DNA of 63,483 nucleotides, filler included, from Chrysochromulina tobinii (taxonomy: Eukaryota): the NCBI GenBank assembly GCA_001275005.1. It is 7 parts of 7 records of this genome, joined end to end, with 100 filler letters (N's around TTAATTAATTAA, not from the genome) between each part and the next. Parts side by side here need not be neighbours in the genome. Positions count along the whole stretch, not along the records: positions 1 to 12,124 come from JWZX01000406.1; 6 more parts are not named here. One strand, given 5' to 3'. Under the pieces are notes generated by a model. The model was not told the DNA's origin, searched no databases, and saw only the letters and a list, made by a program, of their open reading frames with translations. Of this stretch, positions 1 to 12,224 are shown piece by piece. The position numbers and the translations under genes were made by a program. Each line of letters starts with the position of its first letter. The first letter of the stretch is position 1.

Positions 1-20
1 CCAGGGCCCGAGAGAGGCGC

Positions 21-3000
21 ATGAACGAGGGGAGCCATGATCGGGCTCCCCATTTTCACGCGACGACCCTCCCTCTCCCAGCCCCTTGGACACGCGCAAG
101 GGAAGGGACGCGCGCGCCGCTCCCCAAAATCCTCCTGGTGCCAGCCAGAGTCAGCAAGCTTTCCGAAAGCTCCCCGACAATGCCGAGCAGAGCCCCGACG
201 CCCGTGCGGTCGCCCGATGAGGATCACAGCTCGTCCGATCGCAGCTCGGCTAGTGGGCATGCTGAGGCCGCACTGTTGTTTGCCAAGGACGCCTTGGAGC
301 CGACTGCGATGCTAACCGAACCGCCTGCGCCTAGGAGCTCCATCACCGCTCGCAAGGTCGACGTAAACGTCGACGCATCGATGATAGCAAGCGCCGATGA
401 TGCTGAATCGGTCACCGAGGAGGCTCCCCGGACGCCACCGCCGCCGAAGGTGTTCGCGTCAGTGTTCGCGTCGCTCCCACAGCCCGCGTCGTTCCCACAG
501 CCTGCCATAGCTCCTCCTCCCAGCGCCGTGGCCGAGGGAGCAGGACGCGAGCCGCTCCTGGGCAACTCTCGCCAGCGCAAGCCATCTTCCTCGTGCTGTG
601 GCGGCTGCGGGTGCGGGTGCTGGTTGTTCTTCACGTGCGCCGCGCTCACTCTTGTCTGCTTCGGCACACCCGCAACCTTCTTGCTGCTCGATCTCGAGCT
701 GCCGTCGCCGAGGCCGCTAGCACCGTCACCGCCGCCGCTCGCTCCCTCTGCGCCGTGCGCGGGCGTCCGTGTCGGAGCTCAGTGCTGGACGCTCGGCCCA
801 CCTGGACAGGCCTGCCTCGAAGCTTGTGCCACCCACGACGCATTCGTGGACGCACGGGGGACTCTCTCTCAAGGCGGCAGCGCGCGCGTGCAGGCAGAAC
901 TTGCGACGCACTACCGGCTCGAACCGCGAAGCTCCGCGGAGATCCCATCTCGGACCGCGGAGATCCCATCTCGGACCGCGGAGATCCCATCTCGGACGGA
1001 GGCCTTTCCGATTCGCAACGGCTCCGAGGCACAGCTGCTGCATGCGCGCTGCAGCACCCTGCGGCCACCCGCCCCACCTCCAGTGAGCTCGCTGTGGCAA
1101 GGGGGGTTGTGGCAAGGGCTGCTGGCTGCATTGCTGGCGAGCGCGACGGCGATCATGGGCATGGAGGAGGCGCTTCTGTGGCCGCTTCTTCACAACGGCG
1201 ACCACGATGAGGGTATTCCCAGACCCCAAGAGCCGCCTCGAGCGTCCTCGCCCTCGCCGCCCCTTCCCTCAGGACCTGCATGGCCATCCTGGCCGCCGCC
1301 GCCACTCTTGCCTCCAAGTGCTCAACTAGATCGCGCGGGCAGCGCGGCCATGTCCATGGGCACGTCGGGGCTCGCGTTGGCCAGCGTGTACGATGTACTG
1401 GCGGGAGAGTGGGTGTGCGTCGATGGCCTCCATAGCCTCGGGCACGCCTCAGCGCGCCACCGCGTCCCTTGTGTCTGCGAAGCGCCACCGCCGCCGCTGT
1501 GGCGATGGAAGCTCGCGCTCGCTGCCCCCATCGGCATGCTTCTCGCGCTGCTGACTGTACTTCTGGGCTACGGCGCAGATGTGCTCTGGCGCTGGCAGAG
1601 CCTAACTATCGAGAGCGGCGAGGCAGGGGGGCGTTTCAGGCGATGCGTGCGCCGGCACGGAGGCCGCGCTCTCATGCATAGGCTGCGCCGCGCGTGGCGA
1701 GGCAGCGCGACGGTGCGGTACGTGCGCGACTCGCTGCATCAAAGCTGGCAGCAGCACCTGCAGCCACTCTGGGTCAACGGCCGTGGCGCCGACTTTGTCG
1801 CCGTCGTGACCGACGTTCTGCCGCCCTCGCCGCAGCGGTTGCCTCCGCCCACGCTCCATTCGAGGTCGCCTCCATCGGGCGCCTCGCGACGAGGCGTGTC
1901 GTCCGCGTTGCCGCCAGGTAGGCGTGCTGGCAGGGGCGGGGGGCGCGCGACGACGCCCCGAAAGGTGCCGGCGCTCAGCACGGCGCTCAACTCGGCGCTC
2001 AGCTTGGCCTCGAAGAGCGCCCACCCTTTGTCGACAGACGAGACCGCGGGAGTCGGTGATCTGAGCAGCGAGAGCGCGAGCGAGGACGAGGACGAGGGCG
2101 AGGACGAGCTGATGCTGACTCCCGCCGCGAAGGCCGCCGCCGCCGCTGCTTCTGCTGCAAGTCCATCAGCCCCACTCGAACCGCCGCCCGTGCTCGAGGC
2201 TTCCATGGGTCTCCTGCGGCGTGCGCAGCTGCTTCTCTTCGCCGTTCTCCTGCCGCTGCGAGAGGTGGGTTCTGACGGCCTACTGCTCCACGCGGCCATC
2301 GGCGAGCATGCGTGGGCAGATGCCATGCTGCTTGCCATCTGCTTGGTGTTTGGCGGCTTGTGCAACGGGCTCGCGGCGGCGGGCGAGCTGATACCCGACA
2401 CCCCGGGGCTCAACTTGAGCGCGGGCGCCTCGTGCAACGAAGAGGAGGGCAGCGACGTGCTCCGGGAGCAGCAGAGGCGCCATCGTCGCGAGCCCCCCTC
2501 CTTCCGAATGGGCTTGTACGTAGTTGAGCTTCCGCGCCGAGTCGTCTTTCTGATGGGTGTGGCGGGTCTCGCGATGCCGCTGCAGGCAGTCCACGACGCG
2601 TGGCAAGGTGTCGAGACTATCAATCTCGTTGAGCTCCGGCTACGCTGGTCGCTCCTCTTCTCGGCGCCGATGCTCTACGCTAAGGTCGCCATCATCGCCA
2701 CCAACGGCGGGCCAGGCCTCACGCTCCTCACGCAGCCCTTGCTGCTCGAGTCGGCGTGCCTGTCTGCCCTCGTCGCCACGCTCGGGCTGGCTGCACTCTG
2801 GACAAGTCACACGGTGGCGCCGGATCGTCGAGTGTACGGCGGCGTCCTGCGCCGGTGCATCGTCATCGTCAGCTGCTTCTCGTTTGGGCTGTCTGACCTG
2901 GCCCTCAGAGCCCTGACCATCGCGGTCGTCGCGCATAGCGGCGTGATGGTTGCCACGGTGCCGAGTGCGCTGCTGCTTGTACTCCTCTGCTGGGTGGCTG

Positions 3001-5110
3001 TCTTCAACGTCGACCGCGCGGCAGCAGGCGCCCACTTGCGCCCTCGCCTCGGCTTCGCGCTCACGGCGGCGCTTCAGCTCCTCGGCCCGCATGCGGGCGG
3101 CCTTGTGACCCCGAGCTTCCTTGCCCTCGATGCTTGCACCTCGACGCTGCTGAGCTTGCTCCTCATCCTTGGTGCGACTGCCGTCTCGCTCCCGTCCCTT
3201 GCGGGTGAGCTCGCCGAGTTGCTGCGGCAGGGGCAGAAGCACCCCGCTCATCTGCCATCCCCTCCCAATACGGCGCTCTGCACCGCCACCGAGGCGATCA
3301 GCGTCGCCATCGGTCTCGCCGTCTACAAGCTTACGCTGCTCATCGTGAGCGTGTGGCCACTGCGCGTGGGCGGGCTGGCGATTGGCATGCGGTCCAACCC
3401 GTATGCTATCGACGAGATCGACGGACTCACGGCCTTGCATCACGCAGCGGCTTGCGGCTCGCCTTGGTTCACCTGGTACTGCCTGCAGCAGCAACCGACC
3501 GGCGTGAAGGACGGGCGAACGAGGATCGATCTGAGGAGTGTCGTCGATCTCGTGGATCGTCAAGGGCGCACCGCCCTGTTGCTTGCATGCAATGCTGGGC
3601 ACGAGCAGCCCGTGAAGCTGCTGCTTGCTAGGGGTGCTCGGCTCGAGCATCGCGACGCATGCGGATGGACGCCGCTGCTATATGCGTGTGCCAAGGGGCA
3701 CGAGCTCCTCGTTCGCGAGCTGCTGCGCCGAGACGCCATGTTGCATCAATGCGACAACAGGCATGCAACCGCGCTGCTCCTGGCGTGTGCCAACGGGCAC
3801 GAGAGCACGGCGAGCTTGCTGCTCGAGAGCGGCGCGTGCATCGAGAGTACGGATGCCGACGGAGGCACCGCCTTGCAGTGCGCCTGCGCAAACGGCCACG
3901 GGCGTACCGCCGAGATGCTCTTGAACAGGGGGGCGGCAATCGAGCATCAAGACTACGAAGGGCGCACCGCCTTGACTTGGGCATGCGCGTCAGGACATGA
4001 GGCTGTCGGCAGGATGCTGCTTCAGCGCGGCGCCAACATGGAGCACCTCACTCTTTCTGGCCACTCGCCTCTCTTCCGGGCGTGTGCGAATGGGCACATG
4101 AGCACGGTGAGAGGGATGCATGCTGCATCCCTGGCGTGCATGCTGATGACGTCTGATGACGTCTGATGACGTCTGATGACGTCTGATGACGTCTGATGAC
4201 GTCTGATGACGTCTGATTGCCCTGGCGTGCATACTGAGAGCAGCTGATGGCCTCCCTCATCAGGCGAGGGCGCCCTCTGAGAGGATCTCCGACCGATTGC
4301 GTCTGATTGCGTTTCTGAGTGCATGCTGATGGCCTGCCTCATCAGGCGAGGGCCCTCCTCGAGCATGGCGCTAGCCTCGTGCACACGACGCGCTCGGGCG
4401 CGAATGCCATGCAGCACGCCTGCTACCACGGCCAGACAGAGGTAGCAGAGGTCCTCTTGGCGCGCGGCGCGGAGCTCGAGCACCAGACGAAGCAGCGCTG
4501 GACTGCCCTGCTTCTGGCGGCGAGTGAGGGGCATGAGACAACAGTTCGAATGCTGCTCGGGCGCGGCGCGTCGGTTCAACATGCCGATCAGGATGGGCAC
4601 ACGAGTCTGATGCATGCTTGCGACGGCGACCACACGAGCACGGCCAAGTTGCTTCTCGAGCACCGCGCAAGCGTTGAGTCCATCGACTCGGATGGTTGCT
4701 CGGCCTTACACTGGGCATGCATGCGGGGGCACGTGGGCTGCGCTCAGCTACTCCTCGCACACGGCGCTCTGCTTGAGCTCGCGAGCTTTGACGGGCGCAC
4801 GCCGCTCATGTGGGCATGCGCGAGCGACCAAGTGCCCATGGTGCAGTTTTTACTGTCGCAAGGCGCAGCGCAGCGCCACACGGATTGCGAAGGCGACACT
4901 GCCCTCTCGATCGCCGAACGACGGGGATTCGACGGCACCGCCGAGATCCTACGCACATACGGTACCGAGTGGTGGCGATCGCGCCAGCTGCTGATTCTCG
5001 CCTCGAGGGAGCTGATGATGATGCGAGAGTTCCCTCTGTGGGCCCCTGAAGCTCGTAGCTCAAGCGAGGCCAAGCAAACATCAGATGATGACGCGAGCCT
5101 CGACGCCTGA
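21..5110 (+). CDS. Multi-pass membrane protein (possibly XK-related-like TM region) with a long C-terminal ankyrin-repeat array; exons 21-4106 and 4346-5110
   Basis: Many GxTALxxAxxxGH ankyrin repeats. Splicing GT4107..AG4345 joins ANGHMST|ARALLEHGAS in frame and completes an ankyrin repeat. The start codon is uncertain (21 or 180). Confidence 0.85.
934..996 (+). repeat. 3 x 21-nt in-frame tandem repeat (CCGCGGAGATCCCATCTCGGA; AEIPSRT)
   Basis: Read directly. Each unit contains a GAGAT-ccc-ATCTC mini-palindrome. Confidence 0.9.
4107..4345 (+). other. Cassette-A intron with a (GTCTGATGAC)n array and two stacked acceptors (4263, 4345)
   Basis: GT..AG restores the frame. Both CTCATCAG acceptors are followed by GCGAGGGC. 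Confidence 0.85.
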
Positions 5111-5724
5111 ACTTCAGTGAAGTACCACGTGCATGAAGATAGTCTAGAAGGTCTAGGAACGGACGGACGCTAAAGTACAGAAAGTCTCGCATCTTGTTTA
5201 CAGCATACAGTCGGAAACAGCCCAAAATACAGCCGTTTACGTAGTAGCCCTTACACGGACCACGGAGTAAAAATGACTACAGGTCTCAACTCTGAAGCGT
5301 CTACTCTCTACTCTGCTGTAAACGGGTGTCGTGGTACCCACCTCCCACGCTACTCCCACGCCAGGGCCCAGGCGACAGACACAGAGCCGCGAGCTCGGAG
5401 GGGAAAGAACGAACGACTCGAAACTAAAAAACAACCGGGTCAACGCGTGTCCGGTCGACTCGTGGCTACTACGGTGAACGGTCCAGATACGTAGTACTAC
5501 AGCCGTTCACGTGGACAATCGATAAGCGGCCAATTGTACCCCGTTACCGCTGTCCACAGCACACGGCTCACACGAGCTAGTTACTCCCTCAGTGACGAGC
5601 TCCAAGCACGAGAGGGGTCGGGTGCGGTGCATGTCTCCAGGCTACTCTAAGTCTGACATACCGATTGTAAGGTGTGGCTGAGGTTGTACTGGTATCCCCT
5701 GATCTGATGTCTTGGTGCGCGCTC

Positions 5725-7792
5725 TCACAAACCCCAAACGCTCGCGTTCTTTTTGGCCCAGGCGTTTGCCTCAGCCTCGGTCAGGTCGACCTTTCCAGTC
5801 AGCGCAGACACCCTGCCCGATGGCGTCACCTTGTTCAAGATGAGGTCGACCACGTGATTCACGCAGCGCGGCACTGGCTGTGTTTTAGGCTCATCTCCCC
5901 AAATCGTATGGCCAGATACCATCATCTTCTGGAACGCTTCCTCGTCGTTCAGGCGCAACTTAGCAAAGTACTGGAATGCGTTTGTGCATTCGTACTCTGC
6001 AATCTGCTGGTCGGTAGGCAGCGCCTTGAGCATGGAGATACGCACGAGCCCTTCCAGAAAGCCTTCGAACGGCAGCGTGGACTCCTTGCGGCGGCCCGTC
6101 TTCGTGCACTCATCGATGACGCACATGCGGCTCCAGGCAAAGCTCATCGCAGCTTCTCGCTCGGTCACGTCGACGCCGACGATGTCACATAACCGAAGTA
6201 CGCCAATAAACTCGTGTATTAACATGTGCTTCGCCTTCAGTCCCGCCCCTCCCGTGGTGCAAACGGATGTGAAGAGGTTGCGCAACGACGCCTCCTGGGG
6301 CTTGAGGACATCATCAATCTCGCGGCGGTAACAGTACTTTTTGCGGAACTTGTTCGGATCTACGAAGATCTTAGGGCTGAGCAGCGGCTTGATGTCTTGC
6401 ACCAGTAGTCTCTTGATTGCAGGGGCCACGTCCGTCAGCATGCCGGAGAGAACGTACCGATTGATCGCGATGTGAACCAAGCAAACGAGGAATTCAACGC
6501 GGCCCAGTTTCTTCTTCTGAAGATCGTCATGGTCCGCGCCGGTGATGCGATCCGCGAACGCGTCACCGGCGTTCTTCTTAAGTTCTTGAGAGTTCTTGAC
6601 AGCTTCTTGTATGGCCTGCTGCGTCATTGCGGCCTTGGTATCGACTGCGATGAAGAGGCGGTCCAAATCGCTCTTCTTCAGGAACTTGGATTTGTTGTCT
6701 GAAATTTTGCAATCCTCGACGAACTGAATCCATTGGTTCAGGTACCAGAACATGAGGTCATTGCCGGTGCTCGCATAGTACATAAAGACGACAAAGTAGA
6801 GGTTCCGCAGTTCGCACAGAACCTTTTCGACCTCTTTCAGCTCCTTAGGTAGCTCGACGCCTTCCTCAAGTAGATCGGCACCCCTGCCCCTGCTACTTCC
6901 TGCGTCCTCATGCGCGATCAGCTTCATCAAGCCCATCGAGCACGCGCGTCGCCAGTCGTTCACGACTCGCTGATTCTCGACTGCCTCGCTATCTAGGAGG
7001 TCCTTGCTGTCGCACCATTCCGCACGGGGAGCCCAAATAGACTCGGTCCAAGTGAACTTTTTCTTTTCAGGCTTGGCCGGGTCCTCCTTCTTCTTGCGCT
7101 TCTTCTTCTCTGGCTCTGGCTCCGGCTCCTTTGGCTTAGGCGCGGCCTTTGGCTCCGGTGGAGGCGGCGCTTCCTTCTCTACTGTGACTGGTTTGGCCTT
7201 TGGCTCCGGCTCCTTAGGCTTAGGCGGCGGGGCCTTTGGTTCCGGCGGCAGCGCCTCTTCCTTGGGTGGCGGAGCAGCCTTTTTCACCTTCACCTCGGGC
7301 ACTGGCTCTGTGGGCGCTTGCAAGGGCTCCTTGTGTGTCGGAGCGGCCTTTTTCGGCGGTAGCGGCCTTGGGCGGCGGAGCGACCTTCGGGGTGGCAGCC
7401 GCCTTTGGAGCCTCAGACACGGGCTCCGGCTCGGGCTCAGGCTCGGGCTCGGGCTCGACGGGTTGGACGGGCACAGGAGCAGCCTTGGCGGCTGGAGCGG
7501 CGGGCCCAGGGCCCGGACCCGGCTTAGCAGCGGGTGCACCCGGTGCGGCCTTGGCAGCGGCGGCTGATCTGGGCGCCGCTTTGGGGGCCGCCTTGGGCGC
7601 TTCGGGAACTGGTTCTGGCTCCGGCTCCGGCTCCGGCTCCGACTCGGATTCGAGCTCTGGCTCTGGCTCTCGCTCTGGCTGTTTGGCTTGGATCGGGGCG
7701 GGCCGAGCCGCGACGACCGCCTTTGGGTTGACGACGACGGGCTCCGGAGCTGCTATAAGTTCAGCCTCAGGCGGCGGTGGCGGCGGTGCCTC

Positions 7793-7833
<41 letters not shown>

Positions 7834-9073
7834 ACTCCGAGGAGACGTACGACGAGACGTATGAATCCTCGGACTCCTCCTCGGATTCGTATTCAGAAGA
7901 TGACTCGCTCTCCGGCCGATGCCCGTCTCGCAATCCCCAAGTCTCTTTCGGCTGGCTGACGTACTCATCCTCCTCCACCTCCTCAGGCGGAGGGACCACG
8001 TACCGATTCCGTAGCAGCTGCACGTGCGAGTACGCGAACGCCGCCTGCCGGGCATCCGAGCGATTCCTGTTGAGTGCGAGCTCCTCGTTCAGCGCATTAA
8101 AGACTCGGGAAGCCCGATGGGCGTGGCCGACATGTGTCCGGTCGAACTTCACGATTTTCTCCTCCACTGAAGCGGGCATCATCCACCAGGCTGGAGCGGA
8201 ATTCTTGAGACTCCAACCTTCGAACGTAAAATTGAGCGGCACGAAGTGCGTTCGCGAGCGCGCCGAAGGGTCACCCGTTGGGCTGGGCGTGCGCGAGTTC
8301 CAGCTGGGCGCGACTTCCATGACAAAGCCGTCCCGCTCGCCAAGCTCGCGGGCCAGGTCCGGGGAAGGATCACGAGTCTCAGGACGCGAGTCGACGTCAA
8401 CGTGCGACGCGAGGTCCTCTGAAGGCATCTCATCTGCTGTCTTGTGCTCCGTCTCTTGGGCCGACGCGTGAGCCGCTGGTCGAGGAGGGCGAGGTCTCCT
8501 CGTGACAACCAAGACGCCTTCGGGCCGTTCGCCTTTGCTTGTTCGTAAGTGGCGCAAACTCGTCCCCCAAGGGTTCCCAATCTCATAGCTCATGAGGTTG
8601 TGGGCACTTTGCGGCCTCGCGAGTCTCAATCCCTTTGGCGGCGGCTGGAAGGCGACGAGCTTTGGGCGTGGTCGCTCTGACGGACTGGGCGCCCTCACAC
8701 GGCTGGCCACGCTGGAGTTTTGCGGCAAGCGATCGAGGTGCAGCTGGCGGCTATGCGGCGGCCGCTCGTTGGGATCTCCGCTCTCGCCAAAGTGGGGCTC
8801 AGCATGCGTGTGAGCAGGGACCCTCGGGATGCCACCCTCCTGGAGCGGTGGCCTTGGCGGGGTAGACTCGAGAGCGAGTCGGGCCATCTTGGTCGCGGAT
8901 GGCTGCGGTGGCAAGGGTCCACCGTAAGAGACCATCCTCCGGTAGAACATGAGGTTAGCATGACCGTACGCATCACCGGCTGCCGGTTGCAATGATTTCC
9001 GGTTGCGCACGGAGGGCAACGACCTCGGTGGTAGGGAGTAAGCGCTTCGACGATCCTCTTTCAGGATCGTCAT
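5725..9073 (-). CDS. Large uncharacterised protein: Pro/Glu/Lys-rich linker plus a conserved-looking helical (EF-hand-like) C-terminal domain; single frameshift near 7360
   Basis: ORFs 7220..9073 and 5725..7539 carry the same PEPEP/KAAP low-complexity sequence in different frames. Confidence 0.65.
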
Positions 9074-9425
9074 GCACCCGCGGGCCGCGGCTCCCGGCGA
9101 CCGTCACACAGCACACGCCGGAGTATTCAGCCGACGGTGTTTTGCAGGCCCGCGCGACTCGCGTCTGCACACACGAGGGGAAAAGCAAGAACTGGCTTTC
9201 AGGAACCGCTCCCCCGAGGTGACGGGGTAGGCGGAAACATAAACATGAAACGACCACAACTGAAACCCACGGGACTACGACACTACCCTCACGGCGCGTG
9301 CAGGAGCACAGGGTTCAAGATGAAAAGCCAAGTGTAGGGAGCGCTTGGGACGGCGCGCGACCTGGCACATCGGATCATGGTAAAACGAGTAGGCCTGGGC
9401 TGCATCAATCGCCGCATCGTTCGGA

Positions 9426-10406
9426 ATGGATCCGATTCTGCTGTCGCTGAATGCACGGCGTACCCTCGAGCTGCGCATTCCCGCGACCGACAAGCGCGTC
9501 AATTGTTCAAACACCGTCGAAACGCTCTCGGGCCTTGAGGCAGCGGCCGCAGCGCTTCGCCGTGCGGTGTGTGCGCGCGCTGCAGCCGGGCGGAACGGCA
9601 CCATTGGCAGTGATGACGAGGACCTGCTCGAAGACGACGATGACGACGATGGACTGCACGCCCACTGCCTCATCCGTGTGCAGACCTTGCCTGTCGCTCA
9701 GTCGATTGGAGGCAAGCTCTGGGACGCATCTCTGCTGATGAGCGCGTGGCTCGCTGGCTCAGTAGTAGATCTGGTTCCACCCGCATCAGCCGCTGGAGCT
9801 CGCCGGCCGCTCGTGCTCGAGGTGGGCGCCGGCCTCGGCGTAGTCGGTTTGGCGCTCGCCAAGCAGTGCCCGTGGCTCCACGTGACCTTGAGCGACTACG
9901 ACACTGAGATCGTCGAGAACCTCGAGCGCAACGCTGCGCTCAACTTTGCATCGCCGCGGCCGGAGCACACGCTCGATGTGGCAGCCCTCGACTTTCGCGA
10001 CTTCACGCCAGCATCGATAGACAAGGCGCCGCTCCCGCAGTGCCTGCAGCAGCACGCTGACGCTGGCCTCTACGGACAGGTTGACCTGTTGCTGGGCGCA
10101 GACGTCGTGTATGAGAAGACGCATTGCCAGCTAGCTCACGTGTGCCTCGCTCTCCTGGCCCCGCACACGGACGAGCGCCGGCCACCGCCGTGCGCCGTCT
10201 TCTTCTCGAATATCAGCCGGCCATACATTCGCGACTTCGTCGAGGGATTAGATGCGGCGGGGCTCAGCTGCCGCATCGAGCGTGTGACGCCCTCAGAGGC
10301 TCTGGCGCGTCGACTACGCCGAACCCACGAAGGCTGGGGCGTCGGCGCGATTTTTTGCATGTTTCATGTCACGCGGCGCCCGCCCGTCGCTGTTGAGGTG
10401 GATTGA
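9426..10406 (+). CDS. SAM-dependent protein-lysine methyltransferase, Methyltransf_16 (METTL21/EFM-like) family
   Basis: Motifs GGKLWDAS, VLEVGAGLG, LSDY and LLGADVVYE. Confidence 0.9.
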   Translation: MDPILLSLNARRTLELRIPATDKRVNCSNTVETLSGLEAAAAALRRAVCARAAAGRNGTIGSDDEDLLEDDDDDDGLHAHCLIRVQTLPVAQSIGGKLWDASLLMSAWLAGSVVDLVPPASAAGARRPLVLEVGAGLGVVGLALAKQCPWLHVTLSDYDTEIVENLERNAALNFASPRPEHTLDVAALDFRDFTPASIDKAPLPQCLQQHADAGLYGQVDLLLGADVVYEKTHCQLAHVCLALLAPHTDERRPPPCAVFFSNISRPYIRDFVEGLDAAGLSCRIERVTPSEALARRLRRTHEGWGVGAIFCMFHVTRRPPVAVEVD

Positions 10407-10711
10407 AATTTGTCGGAACGCTCGGATCACTGGGATGAAAACTTTTCCCGCGATGCGCCGGAAGCGCGATCGCTCCTTCGCTCGCTCCAGTCGACCGGTC
10501 GCAGCGTCGCACTCTCGCGCACCGCACCGCCAGACCGGACGGCACACCCCCGCCGTCCCCTTCTTTTTTTCCCCGGCTTCGCTTCTGCGTTCACGTGATT
10601 ATAAATTGTTTTTTCTCGGCTCGCCCCCTCCTGTCGAAAGACCCCCCTTCTTCCTTCCCACTTGAACTTGAACTTGGGGTGAGACTTCGGGAAAGTCCCA
10701 AGTTCTCTCCA

Positions 10712-11812
10712 ATGCTCTGCAAGTGTCTTTCTTCTTCTCTCGTCGCCACGTCGGTAATCCTCATGACCGTTTCCGCGTCAGACGCCGGAGGCGCGGTCGC
10801 AGCCGCCCCAGATGCCGGAGGCGCAGTCACAGCCGCCTCTCCGCCGCCAGCCGCCTCGCTGAAGGATCTGTGCCAACAGTGGAGGAGTGACCGCAATGCT
10901 TGCGCGCTGGCGGCACCTCTGATGCTCGTATCCTGCGCTGGCGTGTGCAGTGCGCACGAGGTGAGCTGCAGCAGACCGCCACCAGCGGACTACGAGCACG
11001 AGCTCTGCGCCAAACTCGCTGCGCGCGGTGAGTGCTGGTCACGACCTCCCTCGTTTCTCGCTCAGTGCTTTCGAGCATGCGCGATGGACGACCCAGAAAA
11101 GGTGCTCGAGACGCTGCTGGCCGAGAGCGCAGAGAGCATCGCCTTCCCGACGGACGGCCCCACGCGCGCCGCCGCACATCTTGGTGCCGCCGTGCCGATC
11201 ACTGCGGACGGTCACACGCTCTCGGCCGAGTTGTTGCACGCCGAGCCCCGGGTGCTTATGCTCCGCGACGTGATCACGGACGACGAGGCGCGTGCGATCA
11301 TCCGGCTGGCCAAACCGCTGCTCTCGGCCTCGCCGACCCACACGGGCGAGGGCTACCGCCCCACGACCCGCTCCTCCTCGAGTGCTGTGCTTCTTGACGA
11401 CGCTCAGCCGCCGCTGCGCGCGGTGCGTCTACGGCTCGCGAATCTGACAGGCTACCCGGAGGCGAACTTCGAGCCGCTCCAGCTAGTACGCTACCTGCCC
11501 GGCCAGGAGTACGAGCCGCACAATGACTGGTTCGACGCATGCGACGTGCGCGAGCACCTGCGAGGCGGTGAGCGACGCCTGACGATCCTCATTTACCTCA
11601 ATGCCATCGCTTCAGGGGGCGGCGGTGCGACCAACTTCCCTGAGCTGGAGGTGCGTGTGCCGCCGACCAAGAGGGGCGCCGTGCTGTTCGAGAACTACGC
11701 GCTCAACGCGACGCGCGGCGATGGGCGCTGCCTGCATCAGGGAGAGCCTCCCAGCGCGACGACCAAATTTGCAGCCAACGTGTGGGTACGCGCACGTCGC
11801 TTTAGGTTGTGA
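10712..11812 (+). CDS. Secreted prolyl 4-hydroxylase alpha-like 2OG-Fe(II) oxygenase with an ShK-like Cys module
   Basis: YEPHND (HxD), LTILIYLN, HQGEP and KFAANVW motifs, with a hydrophobic N-terminus. Confidence 0.9.
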   Translation: MLCKCLSSSLVATSVILMTVSASDAGGAVAAAPDAGGAVTAASPPPAASLKDLCQQWRSDRNACALAAPLMLVSCAGVCSAHEVSCSRPPPADYEHELCAKLAARGECWSRPPSFLAQCFRACAMDDPEKVLETLLAESAESIAFPTDGPTRAAAHLGAAVPITADGHTLSAELLHAEPRVLMLRDVITDDEARAIIRLAKPLLSASPTHTGEGYRPTTRSSSSAVLLDDAQPPLRAVRLRLANLTGYPEANFEPLQLVRYLPGQEYEPHNDWFDACDVREHLRGGERRLTILIYLNAIASGGGGATNFPELEVRVPPTKRGAVLFENYALNATRGDGRCLHQGEPPSATTKFAANVWVRARRFRL

Positions 11813-12124
11813 GCGTATAGGGCGTATAGCGACTCGGTTGAGTGATGGGACATGACAGTGTGCGGCCGAGGGCGATTTCGAGACACGACGCTCGACGGAG
11901 AGTTTTTTCACAAACGAGCGCGACCGAGCGGAGGGTCAACGACGATGGCAGTTCAACGGACGGAGGTTTTGATACCTCTTGAGGAGAGAAGATACATGAA
12001 ACAGCCAGTTCACACTTCAAGTTTACTCGTGTGAATCGGAGCGGCGCGCGCGTCCCTTCCCTTGCGCGTGTCGCGGGTCACGCTCAGCGGCGCGCCCGGT
12101 ACGGCGCGAGTCGGGGGGATCGGG

Positions 12125-12224
12125 NNNNNNNNNNNNNNNNNNNNNNNNNNNNNNNNNNNNNNNNNNNNTTAATTAATTAANNNNNNNNNNNNNNNNNNNN
12201 NNNNNNNNNNNNNNNNNNNNNNNN
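12125..12224. other. Artificial contig-joining linker (44N-TTAATTAATTAA-44N)
   Basis: The identical 100-nt structure recurs six times. Confidence 0.97.
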
